Positions 1 to 11,195 of a DNA stretch of 64,000 nucleotides are shown one piece after another (within the stretch, counting starts at the first letter, position 1; each line of letters opens with the position of its first letter). The notes under the pieces were generated by a model, which saw only the letters and a program-made list of their open reading frames with translations, was not told the origin of the DNA and searched no databases. This stretch comes from Chrysemys picta bellii. Lineage: Eukaryota. Made by a program: the position numbers and the translations under genes. The stretch spans positions 34,286,001 to 34,350,000 of the forward strand of contig NC_088797.1 in assembly GCF_011386835.1 (NCBI RefSeq), given 5' to 3'.

Positions 1-57
1 ACTCTCCCAGCCCTGCCCCCAGACTCTCCAGGCCCCAGCCCTGCCCGCCAGACTCAC

Positions 58-939
58 CGGGCCCGGGCTCTGCTGCTTGCTCCTCTTCATCAGTGAAGAG
101 CTCGTCCTCACCCTCCAGCAGCAGGAAGTCATCTGGGGGCCAGCGCAGCTCCCCGCTCTCCACCTCTCCTGCCTCTGTGGGTTCCACCACGATGGACGGC
201 AGCCGGGCCTTCCCCTGCACTGGACTTCCAAGGGGGCCCTGGCATGGCTTCCTGGGGGAAGGATCTTTGCACATCTCCTTGCACAGCCCTTCACATGGCT
301 CCATGGGGGGATCCCTGCACAGCTCCCAGGGAGGAATGTCCTCACACAGCTCCACGCACGCCACCTCGCAGGGCTCCCTGGGGGGATCCTCGCACATCGC
401 CTCGCACATCTCCTCAGGGGGACCTTTGCACAACCCCTCGCATGGCCCCATAGGGGCGCCTTTGCCCATCTCACACGGCTCCAGGAAGAACTGGGCACAG
501 AGGACAAGGGGGTTGGTTTGGGCGCTGGGGGAGCCTAGCTACCCAGAGACCTGGAATGGCGGGGAGGAAGGCAGGGCAGTGAGGCCCTGATATGAGAATT
601 GGGGTCTGGATCTGATCTACAGGAGGTGGGGGCAGCAGCACAGGGGGCTCTGTCCTGAGGACTCACCTAGCTCTCCATGGGGGCCTCATCCCAGGGGACC
701 CAGTGGGGGGATGTCCCAGGAAGGGGGTGTCTCACCTGGTTCTGTGCAGGAGGCTCTGTCTGGATGAGACTCCTTCCCACTTCTGATAGCCACTGCATCT
801 CCTGGTCAGTGGCGTGGGGCTGAGCCAGGCTGTTCCGCCCTGCGGTTGCCACAGGTAGCTGGATGGGGGTGCAGGCCTCACCAGGGGTCAGCACTGCCTG
901 GGATGGAGCACCACTACAATCCCGAGTTCCTTCAGCCAT
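58..939 (-). CDS. LBHD1: LBH-domain protein (LBHD1-like), partial; continues beyond the left edge
   Basis: Exons 939-736 (MAEGTRD...PAQNQ, phase-0 donor GTGAG) and 490-58 (433 nt, acceptor cccag, phase-1 donor GTGAGT). The second exon encodes FFLEP-[Cys-rich repeat]-RLPSIVVEPTEAGEVESGELRWPPDDFLLLEGEDELF, the LBH signature. The position next to UQCC3 supports LBHD1 rather than LBH. The start codon is uncertain. Confidence 0.85.
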
Positions 940-3182
940 GGCGATGCTGGGGGTAGAAACTGGGAGTCAGAGCTGGGAACGGCCCCGTCTCCTTCCTCCA
1001 CCCAGCCAGGGTTAAGCCCCACGTCTATTCCCCAGGATCCAAGCCCTAAAGTTCAGACACCTCTGCACTGGGAATTCAGGCCCTTCACCAGATTTTTTTT
1101 TTTTTTGGGGGGGGGGGGGGGAAGGATTCCCCACACCACAGAATCCCATATACACACACTGGGACTCCTGGTCCTTCCCCTGTGGGGGATCCCGAGCCCA
1201 CCAGACCCCACACACTGGGGCTCCCAGCCCTTCTCCTGGGGGGAAGAGCATTTCCCTGCCCCAAAGAGCCTCACTGTGACACCCCGAACCTTGCCAGGGG
1301 TCACCTCCCCCTTTCAGCTAGACTATCACCCCCCTCCTCCCTGAGAAGCCCCATTATGGGGACAGAGGGAGTTTGTGCCTGCGGTGACACCCCCACCCTC
1401 AGCACCCCGGTCGGTCACTCACCATCAGGCGCTGCCCTGGGCCATCGCAGGATGTGCGGGGATTACAGGGCCCAGCAGTCCCCAGGGCAAGGAGCTGACA
1501 GATGCTCCAGGCGCCATAAGCGCTTTGTCCTGACACCAAGCTAATCCTCTGGGCACAACAGCCCTATGGTGCCGGGGGGAGGGGGGGAGGGGCTGGGATA
1601 GAGGGATGGGGGGCTGGATTCCTCTAGTCAGTACTCCCCACTAGGACCCCCTGCATTGTCAGTGTCCCCCAACCTGACAAGAGCATCCCTGCTGGGCCCC
1701 CCTGTACTCCCAGCCCTTGGATCCCCCCTGCATTCAATACTCCCCACCCCAGGGAGAATGCTCTCTTCTTGGATCCCCTCCTCCCTGGACTGCACTCTCA
1801 ACCCCATCCCCCACACTATGAGGGCTGCCTGCTCCAGAGAGATGTTCCCAACCCCTGCACCTACAGTCTAAGGTGGAAGCCCAGACCAGATAGGGGCGGG
1901 GGCAGGTGCTACCCTGGGCGGGAGTTGTCCCAGAACAGGGATAATAACATGAGGGGAGGATTGGAATCAGGGCTCAGTTAATCACCCAGTGACCTCATGG
2001 GAACTGCCCAAGCAGCTAACTGGCTGCCCTGGAGGTGGGGGAGCTCTTTAAAAACCAGATAGGGGACCCAGATCTCAGCTTCTGGCATGAAGCTTGCACA
2101 CCCCAGCTAAGGGGCGAGGCCGCTGGATCCCTGGGGCTGCTCCAGTCATTAGGGGTGGAGGGGAGAAGAGATTGAGTCAGCAGATGCTACTGATACAGGC
2201 TGGCTTTCACCATGAACTGGGTCAGGGCAGGACTGGATTAATTTGTCAGCCATGGAGCAATGAACAGCACCCCAGAGCCCCTGGGATTGGGAAGGCCCCA
2301 CCTCAAGCTTTGTCCAGTTTCCAGGCCCCCCCCATGGTCCCATTTCCCTGTCATGCCCAGGTCTAAGACAGCCTGATTACATGACTCCCAAAATTTAAAG
2401 GAGCCTTAATGGGATTGGGGTGATGAGCCCTGGACAGATTAGAGAGGCCACTATGGGGCACATTCACAGCATCATGGGCTGTGGGAGAAATATCCCCACC
2501 CCTTCCCAGACTATTTTATCATTACAGACCACAAGATGTGGAGCCTCAGAACCAATGATTTGCCCACTGAGGGATGGAGACAGAAGGTTGGGTGTCCCCT
2601 GCTCCTACTTGCTTCCCAGGGAGGACCATGGCACAAATCCTCACCCCCTACCCCCGCCTGGCGAAGAGGGACCACAACAGAACTGCCTTCAGGACAGAAG
2701 GTTCCCTGGCCACGTGCAGCCCTGAGATTGATCAGATGAAATCCATTTGGCTCATTCATGTTTCCCTCGTGCACTGCCCAAGACTAATGCAGAACGGGGT
2801 CAGCGGAGCCCTGACGCAGGAGGTTTAGGAGTTGTCTGAGGGAAGCCTGGCCTGGGGAGGCCCAGTCACAGGAAGAGGCAGGGGGAGGGGTCGGTGGAAC
2901 TAACTAAGGCCTCTGTAGGTGCTGAGCATGAGAGCAGCCTGGGCAGAGTGAGACCTGCACAAATACACTCCCCCATCTACACGGCAAGGGACTGACTCCT
3001 CTGTGCCTCTCCAGATGGGGCTGCCCAGTGAGGACCAGACTGAAAACCCCAGAGCAGGCACACTGACCTAGCCACAAAACAGCTCCACCCCTTTCTGTGA
3101 TGGGGGAGCAGGCATCTGGCCCGTCCCAGCCCCCCACCACCCCTCTTTATGCTGGGCCGTCTGGCCCACCCACACGCCCCTG

Positions 3183-3469
3183 CCCTATGGTGGGAGATCG
3201 GGCCGTCAGGCCCAGCCACACACCCTCTCTGCAGTGGGGGAGCGGATAGGCTAGCCCAACCAGATACACAACCCTCTCTATGGCATAAGTCCTCTGATCT
3301 CTATGGTTGCAACGGGACGCTCTGGCCTACCAGTCCCTCCTTTCTATGGTAGCAAAAATCGAACATTCTGGCCCCACTCCGCCTTCTCTCTATAGTAGCA
3401 AAAGGGGGCGCTCTATCCACAGTGCATGCTCTCTATGGTGGTGCCTGGCTCATACCGCCCCTCTATGGT
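3183..3469 (+). promoter_or_regulatory. UQCC3 promoter with about 7 copies of a YTCTATGGT-like motif
   Basis: Copies at 3183, 3276, 3299, 3342, 3388, 3431 and 3461, directly upstream of the ATG at 3590. Binding factor not assigned. Confidence 0.55.
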
Positions 3470-3589
3470 AGCATGACAGGACGCTCTGCCCGGACCCCTC
3501 CCCCACTCTCTCTGGTTACCTTCTGTCCGCGACATCCCCCGGGAAGCCAGAACTCTGTGGCTACTCAGGGTTTTTCATACCGCGCCCTA

Positions 3590-4040
3590 ATGGAACTCCT
3601 GCGACGCCTGGTGCTGGGGAGCCTGATGGTTGCTGGGACCACGGGGCTGGGGATCGGGGCCTGGGCGCTGGCAACGCCGCGGGAGCAGCGCAGGCGGGAG
3701 ATAGCCAAGGTGAGGGGGCCTGGAAACTACCTCCCCTGGGGCGGGTCACAGAGCAGGGGGGCCTGGAAACCAACATTTCTTGGGTTGGGAGGAGAAGGGA
3801 ACTAGAAATTGTTGCTTCACTCTCTTTTCAGGGAGAAGGGGGAGGTCTAGAAATCACCTTGCCCCCCCCCCCCCACCCCCACCGACCACTCCCTTCTCTC
3901 CTTAGGAGCTGCCGGAGGCAAACCCCCTGCGCTGGACGGAGAGGCGACACCAGAATGAGCTGGTAATGGCAGCGATCAAAGAGGCAGCTGAAACAAATGA
4001 GAATGTGGCCCGGAGGTCTTCATCGGACTGGAGCAAGTGA
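3590..4040 (+). CDS. UQCC3: Ubiquinol-cytochrome c reductase complex assembly factor 3, 84 aa
   Basis: Exons 3590-3709 (MELLRRLVLGSLMVAGTTGLGIGAWALATPREQRRREIAK) and 3906-4040 (ELPEANPLRW...ETNENVARRSSSDWSK*). Phase-0 GT-AG intron; AATAAA at 4333-4338. Matches the remembered UQCC3 pattern (one TM segment, TP-E-RR-E, EAA-T-ENVA). Confidence 0.93.
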
Positions 4041-5936
4041 CACTTGACCATCACCCTCCCAAATGGGAGCCAAGGCAACTGGTACTGAGACCCCCCTGAG
4101 ATGGAGCAGGCTGCATTTTCCATCCCTGAAGCCACTGTGGTCTCCATAGTCCAGAATGGGATGGACACTCCCTGGCTGTCAGCAGCTGTAATGATCAGTG
4201 ACCATTATGCTGCCGGGGGCCTCTGTCTCTTATTCCCAGACCCTGGTCACACCCCTGGGGTATGGGGGTTATGCAGATCTGACAGAGTGAAAACTACAGC
4301 ATGGGGTAAAGCAGCAGCATTTTCAGGTCTTTAATAAACTAACCTTGTAAAGACCTGTCTGTTGTTGTGGTTAACGCAGCTGGTGCAATGGGGTTGCTAA
4401 TCATCATGCCTCCCACAGAACTGAATTTTGATAATATCCAGGCAGCTGGTGGGGGTAGATGCCCCTCCCACCAGGCTAAAAACTGCACAGGCTGATATTG
4501 TTATTCCTCCACCTTTCCCACTCTGCTGTTGTGCCTTATCGCCCTGTGAGGGTTTGGCTTTTCTATTGCAAGATCTTTGGCATAGGGTCTATTATTTGCT
4601 CTAGGTCTTTAAAGCCCCCCCTACAATGGGATCCTGGCTTGACTGGCCTTCAGCAACAGAAACATTAAGTAATTGTAGCTTTATCCTTCCTTCTGTCAGT
4701 TTGGTGTACCTGCTTCTCATGGTATACTGGGATTGTGCACTCGGGGTAGGGACCAGCTCTTCTCCATAGGTCCCTGATGGGAGCTTCTAGATGTAGAGAA
4801 TGCTGCAGTCCGTATTCTCAGCAGCACAGGCTATCATGAGTGTAGCACACCTGCCTCCTGCCCTCTATACTGACTTCCCCTAAGTTAAACTCAAGGCCTT
4901 GGTTCTTATCTTCAGTGTGCTCCATGGCTAAGCCCAAGTTGCCAAAAGCTTCAGGACAAGAAGAGCAGAGCACTCTGCCCCTCAGGCACAACAGAACTCT
5001 GGCCTCAGTTTGTCTGTACAGGAGATAGTGCTTCCCTGGGGGCTAGTCCCAGGTTGTAAGAAACTCTCCCAGGAACTAAGAATCAACCCAAATTTCCCCA
5101 TCTTCCACTCCAACGGTCTGGGCCACATCTCCAACTTGCTGTTGCGAACATCCGCACATAGAATATATCATCTCTAAAAAATACAGCCATAATGCTAGCA
5201 GTAACAAAAATCTTCCTTTCCTCCTCCTTGTAGAAAGAACCAGCTGTGGCAAATGTTAGTCATATCTTTTAATGCATCATTCACAAAGAAGCCAGATACC
5301 ACGGGGAATAGGGCTGTATAAGAACCAGAATGGAGCAGAGTTGGTGCTACTGCAATACAAAGGAATAATGGTAATGTTGAATAATAGTTAATATAGATAA
5401 TAAAGTTTTGATATAAATAAAAACTAAACTAATTAAGCCTCCTGTTGCTTTGTGCACTGGCCTGTGCCCCTTGCTCTGGTATCTATTCAGACTGTACTGA
5501 AGAAACTATGTTTGATTATTTATAGGATAATCCCAGTAAAGGGTGAGACCTGTATCAATAACGTACACTATTAAAAAGGGCAAAGTGAAACAAAACCTTG
5601 CAACAGCTACTGAGCATTCCAAGTTTTCCAACCCAAGCTTATGCTCATGCTATCTTCCCTACAGCACCCCTGCTGGGAGAGTCTGGCTCTGGAGTACCTG
5701 AGAGCTCCTCTCACAGTCAGTATTCCTGTCCTGCTTCCTACACTACCCCTGCTGGGAGAAGCCAGACCTAGACTATCTGGGAGCTCCCTCCCTCCAGCTC
5801 ACTCTGCTGGAAGACGCTGGAACTGGAGTAGCCAGGGGCTACCCCCACAGCCAGCACTCCTGGTCCCAGATGTTTATGTAGCTGGGGACATGTAATGGTT
5901 CTACCTCAGCCCCACAAAGGGCTTGTCATGGGGACC

Positions 5937-6061
5937 TAGGGTGACCAGACAGCAAGTGTGAAAAATCGGGACAGGAGGTGTGGGGTAATAGGAGCCCATA
6001 TAAAAAAAAAGCCCCAAATATCGGGACTGTCCCTATAAAATCGGGACATCTGGTCACCCTA
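5937..6061 (+). mobile_element. Non-autonomous hAT (Blackjack/MER81-like) MITE
   Basis: TIRs TAGGGTGACCA...TGGTCACCCTA. Same family as the copy at 34244-34367, in opposite orientation. The TSD is not clean here. Confidence 0.8.
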
Positions 6062-6329
6062 GGAGGGACCCAGCTGTAGGGCTCTCTCCAACTTTCCTCA
6101 TCCTCCCAGGGGTGCAGCATGGGCTCCAATTCCTCTGGGGGCAATGGCAGCTGTCCCAGGAGGGGAGACTGTTTCCATCAGGGTATGCCCAAGGGGGGCC
6201 TTGCACAGAGGCCGTCAGGGACGGAGGGGTTTGGGGAGGGAGTAGGTTCTTCAGAGCTCGGAACTATCAGCGAGTAGGCGACATTGACACACGGACACTA
6301 GACGCTATGACACTGCACCCTCACGGGAA

Positions 6330-6530
6330 GCGTTTCCTGTTCCGTTCTTCCGCTCCCTAGAACCCCAATAGGTTGGGTCAGTACTTCCGGTGGCCAGGTT
6401 CCGCTGAGTTACGAAAGTCTCTATTGCCGGTTTCCTTGCTACCTGAGGAACTTTTCCGTATTTCCGGTTCCCCAATGGGCGCCGCCATCTTCGGAATCGG
6501 CTTCTACCTGCTGCTTCTGTCCCCGCCGCC
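6330..6530 (+). promoter_or_regulatory. CpG-rich housekeeping promoter of DMAC1
   Basis: ETS/GABP ACTTCCGG at 6383-6390 plus further TTCCG cores; YY1-type GCCGCCATCTT at 6481-6491. Intron 1 has an NRF1-like TGCGCGTGCG at 6735-6744 and a palindromic CRE TGACGTCA at 6843-6850. Confidence 0.7.
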
Positions 6531-7330
6531 ATGTCTAAGGCCCTGGAGCAGGGCAAGGAGACCGCGCCTCCCCCCAAGCCTCTGTCCGAGAGCTGCTGGG
6601 GCTGCCGCATCCTGTCCGGCTCGGTGCTGATCGGGGCCGGATTCTGGGTCTATCTAGGCTCGCGCAGGGTCATAAGCCGGGGCATCGCCTCCTCCGTAGG
6701 GAACATCGTCCAGCTCGTCTTCGCAGCCAGTGAGTGCGCGTGCGGGGTCAGGGGCGGGCAGAGCGTGCCCTATCTCCATGGGAACCGTCCCACACGTCAG
6801 TGAGTGCTGGGGTCACAGGTCGTATTGGAGGTCAGGGACATGTGACGTCATTGACGGGGGCAGGGGGTTATAGGTCACCTTAAGGCCAGGGTTCAAGGGC
6901 CACACCAGCTACGTGGGACCAGCCATACAAATCACCCCCATTGGGGCAGTCCAGCCTCTATGGTAGGGAAGGGTCAGTGGCATTACCCCATCTCTCTGGG
7001 ACTGGGGGGTCACTGAAGTATGGGGCAAGGGGGATCATAGGTCATAGAGGGGTTAGGATAACTTCCATGTCTCCCACTACTCCTACTTCTATGCTGGCTT
7101 TAAGAAGCATATGGGCTCATGAGCTAGCAAGTCCCCACCTCCAGGGAAACTATAACCTACATGTTGACCATCCCCTTTAAGTTCCTGGGGGGGGGGGGGG
7201 GTCATGCCCTTAAGGGGAGAGTCAGTCCTATACAGCCACCCCCTGATGTCTCCTGCCTTTCTCCCCTTCAGATCTCCTCTGCTGCGGCGTAATCATCCTA
7301 GCTGATCCATTTGGGAAACTAAAGAAGTAG
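6531..7330 (+). CDS. DMAC1: Distal membrane-arm assembly component 1 (complex I assembly factor, TMEM261), 85 aa
   Basis: Exons 6531-6729 (MSKALEQ...SCWGCRILSGSVLIGAGFWVY...IVQLVFAA) and 7272-7330 (NLLCCGVIILADPFGKLKK*), joined by a phase-1 intron. The CWxCRxLSG and GxxxxADP motifs match remembered DMAC1. Confidence 0.88.
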
Positions 7331-7829
7331 CACAAACAAGGCAGGACAAGGTGTAGCTGCTGCCTCCACCAGCGCTGGCCAAGTCAAACAATGTGTATTT
7401 GGGACAATAACATGAATCCAAGAGAAAACTGTTTGCTTTTTCTTACTATAGTAGCCTCACAGTGGTACCTGGGAGAGAAGAGACCCACCCTAGCTCCCCC
7501 ATTACTACAATCCCCATCTTCTTCTCCACTAAGCTACAGCTGCCTGTAACCCTTCCCTCTCTGCTTGCCTTATGCCATGGCAGCTCCCCAGACTGCCCCT
7601 CTGGTGTAATCCCCCAGACTAGCTCCTGCTTATGGGATGAGCTATGACAGTATTTCTCCCCTGTCTTAACTCACTCTGTTCATTCCAGCATCCAGTTCTA
7701 ATTTAACCTCCTGCTGCTTTGAACCCCCCCCCCCCCCCTTGGCTCCAGCTAGGCTCTGCTCAACAAGAACTGGCCCCATGGGGCCTGGACTCTCAGAATT
7801 GTGGGGGAGGAATTGCATTTCAATCTATC

Positions 7830-8590
7830 CTAGGAAGTAGTGACTCGGAAAGACAGGGATAATCAGCTGACTAGGAGCTCCTAGTGTAGTGCTTTAGCCA
7901 AAAGGGTAATGTGATCCTTGGCTGTATGAACAGGGGAATCAGGGCCGGCACAACCCATTAGGCGACCTAGGCAGTCGCCTAGGGTGCTACAATTTGGGGG
8001 GTGGCGACCGCAGCGGTATTTCAGTGGTGGGCAACATTGCGGGGCGGCACCTTCCACCGCCTAGGGCGGCAGAAAAGCTGGCGGCGCTCCTGAGGAGAAT
8101 CATGTCAGAAAAGAGGCTTTATTCCCTCTGCAGCTGGCACTGGTGCAGCCACTGCTGGAATACTGTGTCCAGTTCTGGTGTCCACAATTCAAGAAGCATG
8201 TGAATAAGCTGGAGCGGGTTTGGAGAAGAACCACACGAATGATTAAAGGATTAGAAAGCCTGCCTTGTAGTGACAGACTCACAGAGCTCAATGTTTTCAA
8301 TTAAAGTGGTTAGGAGGTGACTTGGTCAGTCTAGAAATGCTGACATTGGGAATGAAAATTTCATAGATGGCTTTTCAATCTGGCAGACAAAGATCTAACA
8401 AGATCCACTAGCTGGAAGTTGAAACTAGACAAATTCAGACTAGAACTAAAATGCGGATTCAACAGGAGGGTCATTAACCATTGGAACAAGTTATTCAGGT
8501 CTGGGGTGGATTCTCCATCACTGGAAATCTTTGGCCAAGTTTGCAAAGCTCTTCGGCTCAACTTGATAGCATTTCTGTGTGGAACATGAT
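7830..8590 (+). mobile_element. Degenerate CR1 LINE 3' fragment
   Basis: CR1 ORF2 C-terminal remnants (CTGGAATACTGTGTCCAGTTCTGG, AATGGCTGGAAGTTGAAACTAGACAAATTCAGACT-like) with stops and frameshifts. Confidence 0.8.
7940..8092. mobile_element. hAT-type MITE nested in CR1
   Basis: Ends CAGGGCCGGC...GCTCCTG; 8-bp TSD AGGGGAAT/AGGAGAAT (7/8 match). Confidence 0.7.
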
Positions 8591-9893
8591 CACTTTTAAA
8601 TGCCACATCTGGTCAATTCCAAAATTTCTGAGGGTGTTGTAAGCATCAAAGGCCAGAAACCCAAAAAGGGGGACACACGAAGCCCCTGCCTATTAATGCT
8701 TCTCATATAATATCCCATCTCTTCATCATATAATACCCCATCAACTACATCCAATAGTGTAACGTTGACAGCCTGAATTATTTCTATCAGACAGAAATAA
8801 TGGGGGCACACAAAGCTATTGGTACAGGAGGGGAAATGGAAGACACTGGTGTGAGAATGGGGGGGCAGTCCCTGAATTCTCCCTGTCTAGGGGAATTTTA
8901 GAGGGGGATGGGAAGGTGGCAGCCAGGCAGCTTTTGGGGGAAACTCATCCCGCACAAGCTCCAAAGTGGGCATCCCCCTCGTTAAATCTGATGGGATGCT
9001 TTTCTCAAATCCCCTTTAGTTCAAACAGGAATGCCCGAGGGCCTGCGGTCAGGTCAGACCAAGTGAGCACAGGGGCCTGTTACTAATCCAGACAGATGCT
9101 GGACCCAGCCAGGGGCTGAGTGGGCTTTCCCTCTTCAGTTGTACTGGAAGAGTTTGGGATTCAGCAGCTGCTGGGCAGCATGGCTGGGAAGGTGCTAACA
9201 ACAGATAATGGACAGAGGGTCAAATTCTGTCCTCAGTGCTGAGAGCACGCAGCACCTAGTGCTTAAAGTAAAGGGCCTGCTGGGTTTTATGGCTGACCCA
9301 GCACATGACCTCAGGCAGTGGCACTGAGCCAGCAAACTGGGGAGGGAAGAAAAGGATGTGGAGAGTAAGGGTTCCATCCTGGGAGCAGCACCTACTGCTT
9401 TAACTACTGATTGCAGCCTCAGCCCTGCACCCCCAGCAAGAACTGGGTTGCTCCCTGCCCCCTCCCGCGTTCCCAGCCAGGCTCTTTGCAGGGAGGCTGG
9501 CACAGTCATTCCCTTTCCACAGGGTTTGGATTACAGAGGCTCCCCCCAGCCCAACTGCAGGAACATCTGCTCCAAAAGGGCCCCCATAACTCAAGCTGCC
9601 CAGAGAGGGCAAGCGGGAGCCCCAGGCCCAGAGTGCCCCATATGCTGCTGCTCCTTCAGGGAACAGAGCCTTAGAATGGGCTTCCCAGCCCTGAATGCTT
9701 GGGGAGGGTCCTGGGACACAGGCCCCTTCTCACTTGCCCTCTGTTAAATTATCACCTTCAGCAGCAGCTTTGAAACCCCATTCCAAATCCAGGCCAGTGA
9801 GGCAAAGCCCCCCACAGGGGTATCAACAGCAGCCTGGCTCCTGCCTATGCCCACTAATTCCATACTGGAGCCCACACTCATTCCCTCAGGCTT

Positions 9894-10094
9894 ATAATAA
9901 TAATAATTAATGGAGATATCCCATCTCCTAGAACTGGAAGGGACCTTGAAAGGTCATCGAGTCCAGCCCCCTGCCTCCACTAGCAGGACCAAGTACTGAT
10001 TTTGCCCCAGATCCCCAAGTGGCCCCCTCAAGGATTGAACTCACAACCCTGGGTTTAGCAGGCCAACGCTCAAACCACTGAGCTATCCCTCCCC
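9894..10094 (-). mobile_element. Tortoise-type tRNA-derived SINE with CR1-like 3' tail
   Basis: The minus strand starts GGGGAGGGATAGCTCAGTGGTTTGAGC (tRNA-like A box), has a B box GTTCAATCC, a CR1-like tail and an (ATT)n end. Confidence 0.9.
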
Positions 10095-11195
10095 TTGGGG
10101 GGAGGGTAGGAGCTGGACTGCCTAGCCACAGCTGTTTTCCATCTCCTCACCCACGCAGCTCCCTCCCCCTTGGTGGGAATACTGCCCCCGCTGAGGGGAG
10201 CACACAGCACCGTGCACCAGGGCAGGAGAAGGGGAGTCACAGCCTATTCAAACCCCAGGGCTGTACCTCAGGCTCTTTACTGACCATGGGCCAGGCCTGG
10301 GTGTCACATCTCACCTGGAGGATGGTATGGTCCTGCACAGCAAGTGCCCCCCACTCTCCCAGTCCTGCCCCACACCCTAATGTTGCACTGGGGCCAGCCC
10401 TGAGAGTAAGGGGAGAGCACCTCCTGCAGAGCTTGGACTTTTCTTTGTGCTATCCCCTCCCCATAGTGCCCCCATTGAGCATGTGGGGTAGGACAAGGTC
10501 ACACTGTAGGAATGGAGAGAGCAGAGGAGTCTCTCCACACAGACTGCCTAGGGCAGGGCATCTTCCCTACCCAGGCAGGGCCAGGCCTTTCCCCTCTGAC
10601 TTCTCCAGTTATTCCTCCCAGCCTCTGTCTATGCAGCACCTGCCATGACAGACCCCACTCTTGGGTACGGGGCATCTGTGCAGCACCCGGTGTGACAATG
10701 GGGTCCCCATCTCCGCTACGGGGGGTGATAGTGGCAGCAGCATTTTCTGTGCAGCATCTGGCACAACAAATCTATGACCCTTGGACTATGAATCTGTAGT
10801 GGGGTCCCCTCTCGGCTGGTGGGGGTCTGCTCAGCACCCATCCTGCTGGCTGCCCCCTCCAGCTCAGCTGGGGCCTCCTTCCCATCAGCCCACCAATAGC
10901 AGCATGGGGGAATAATGGGTGGCGGCGGCGGCAGAACAGATGATGTTTATTAGTGTCCCTGGTGCTGGGGCTTGCGCTGTGGCACTCCCCCAGGGAAGCT
11001 GGACACATACCCCCCTGCAGCCGCTATGCTGGGTTCCAGTCCTGGGGAGGTGAAATGGTCAGTCACTTCTCTGGGCTCAGTCGGGCAGGGGGAGGGGCAG
11101 AACCACGGTGTGAGGGTGGCAGAGGGAACCACAGGAATCCAGGGCCGGGGTGGGAAGGGAGCTCCGGTCACAGCACGCATGAGCCAGGGCGTCCT

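Noticed and set aside
661-669. TAG followed directly by GTGAGT at the end of ORF 667..939
   Set aside because: Using this donor would put a stop before the LBH-domain exon. The donor at 736 gives the phase-correct Q|FFLEP junction.
1423-1816. Possible upstream LBHD1 exons (1529-1423; ORF 1628..1816)
   Set aside because: The phases do not join cleanly to the 939 frame and there is no recognisable homology. They may be UTR exons, but are unsupported as CDS.
8596-8811. Protein-like ORF (LLDVVDGVLYDEEMGYY...RQGLRVSPF), faintly resembling a LINE RT RQG motif
   Set aside because: Short, no convincing family match and no splice context.
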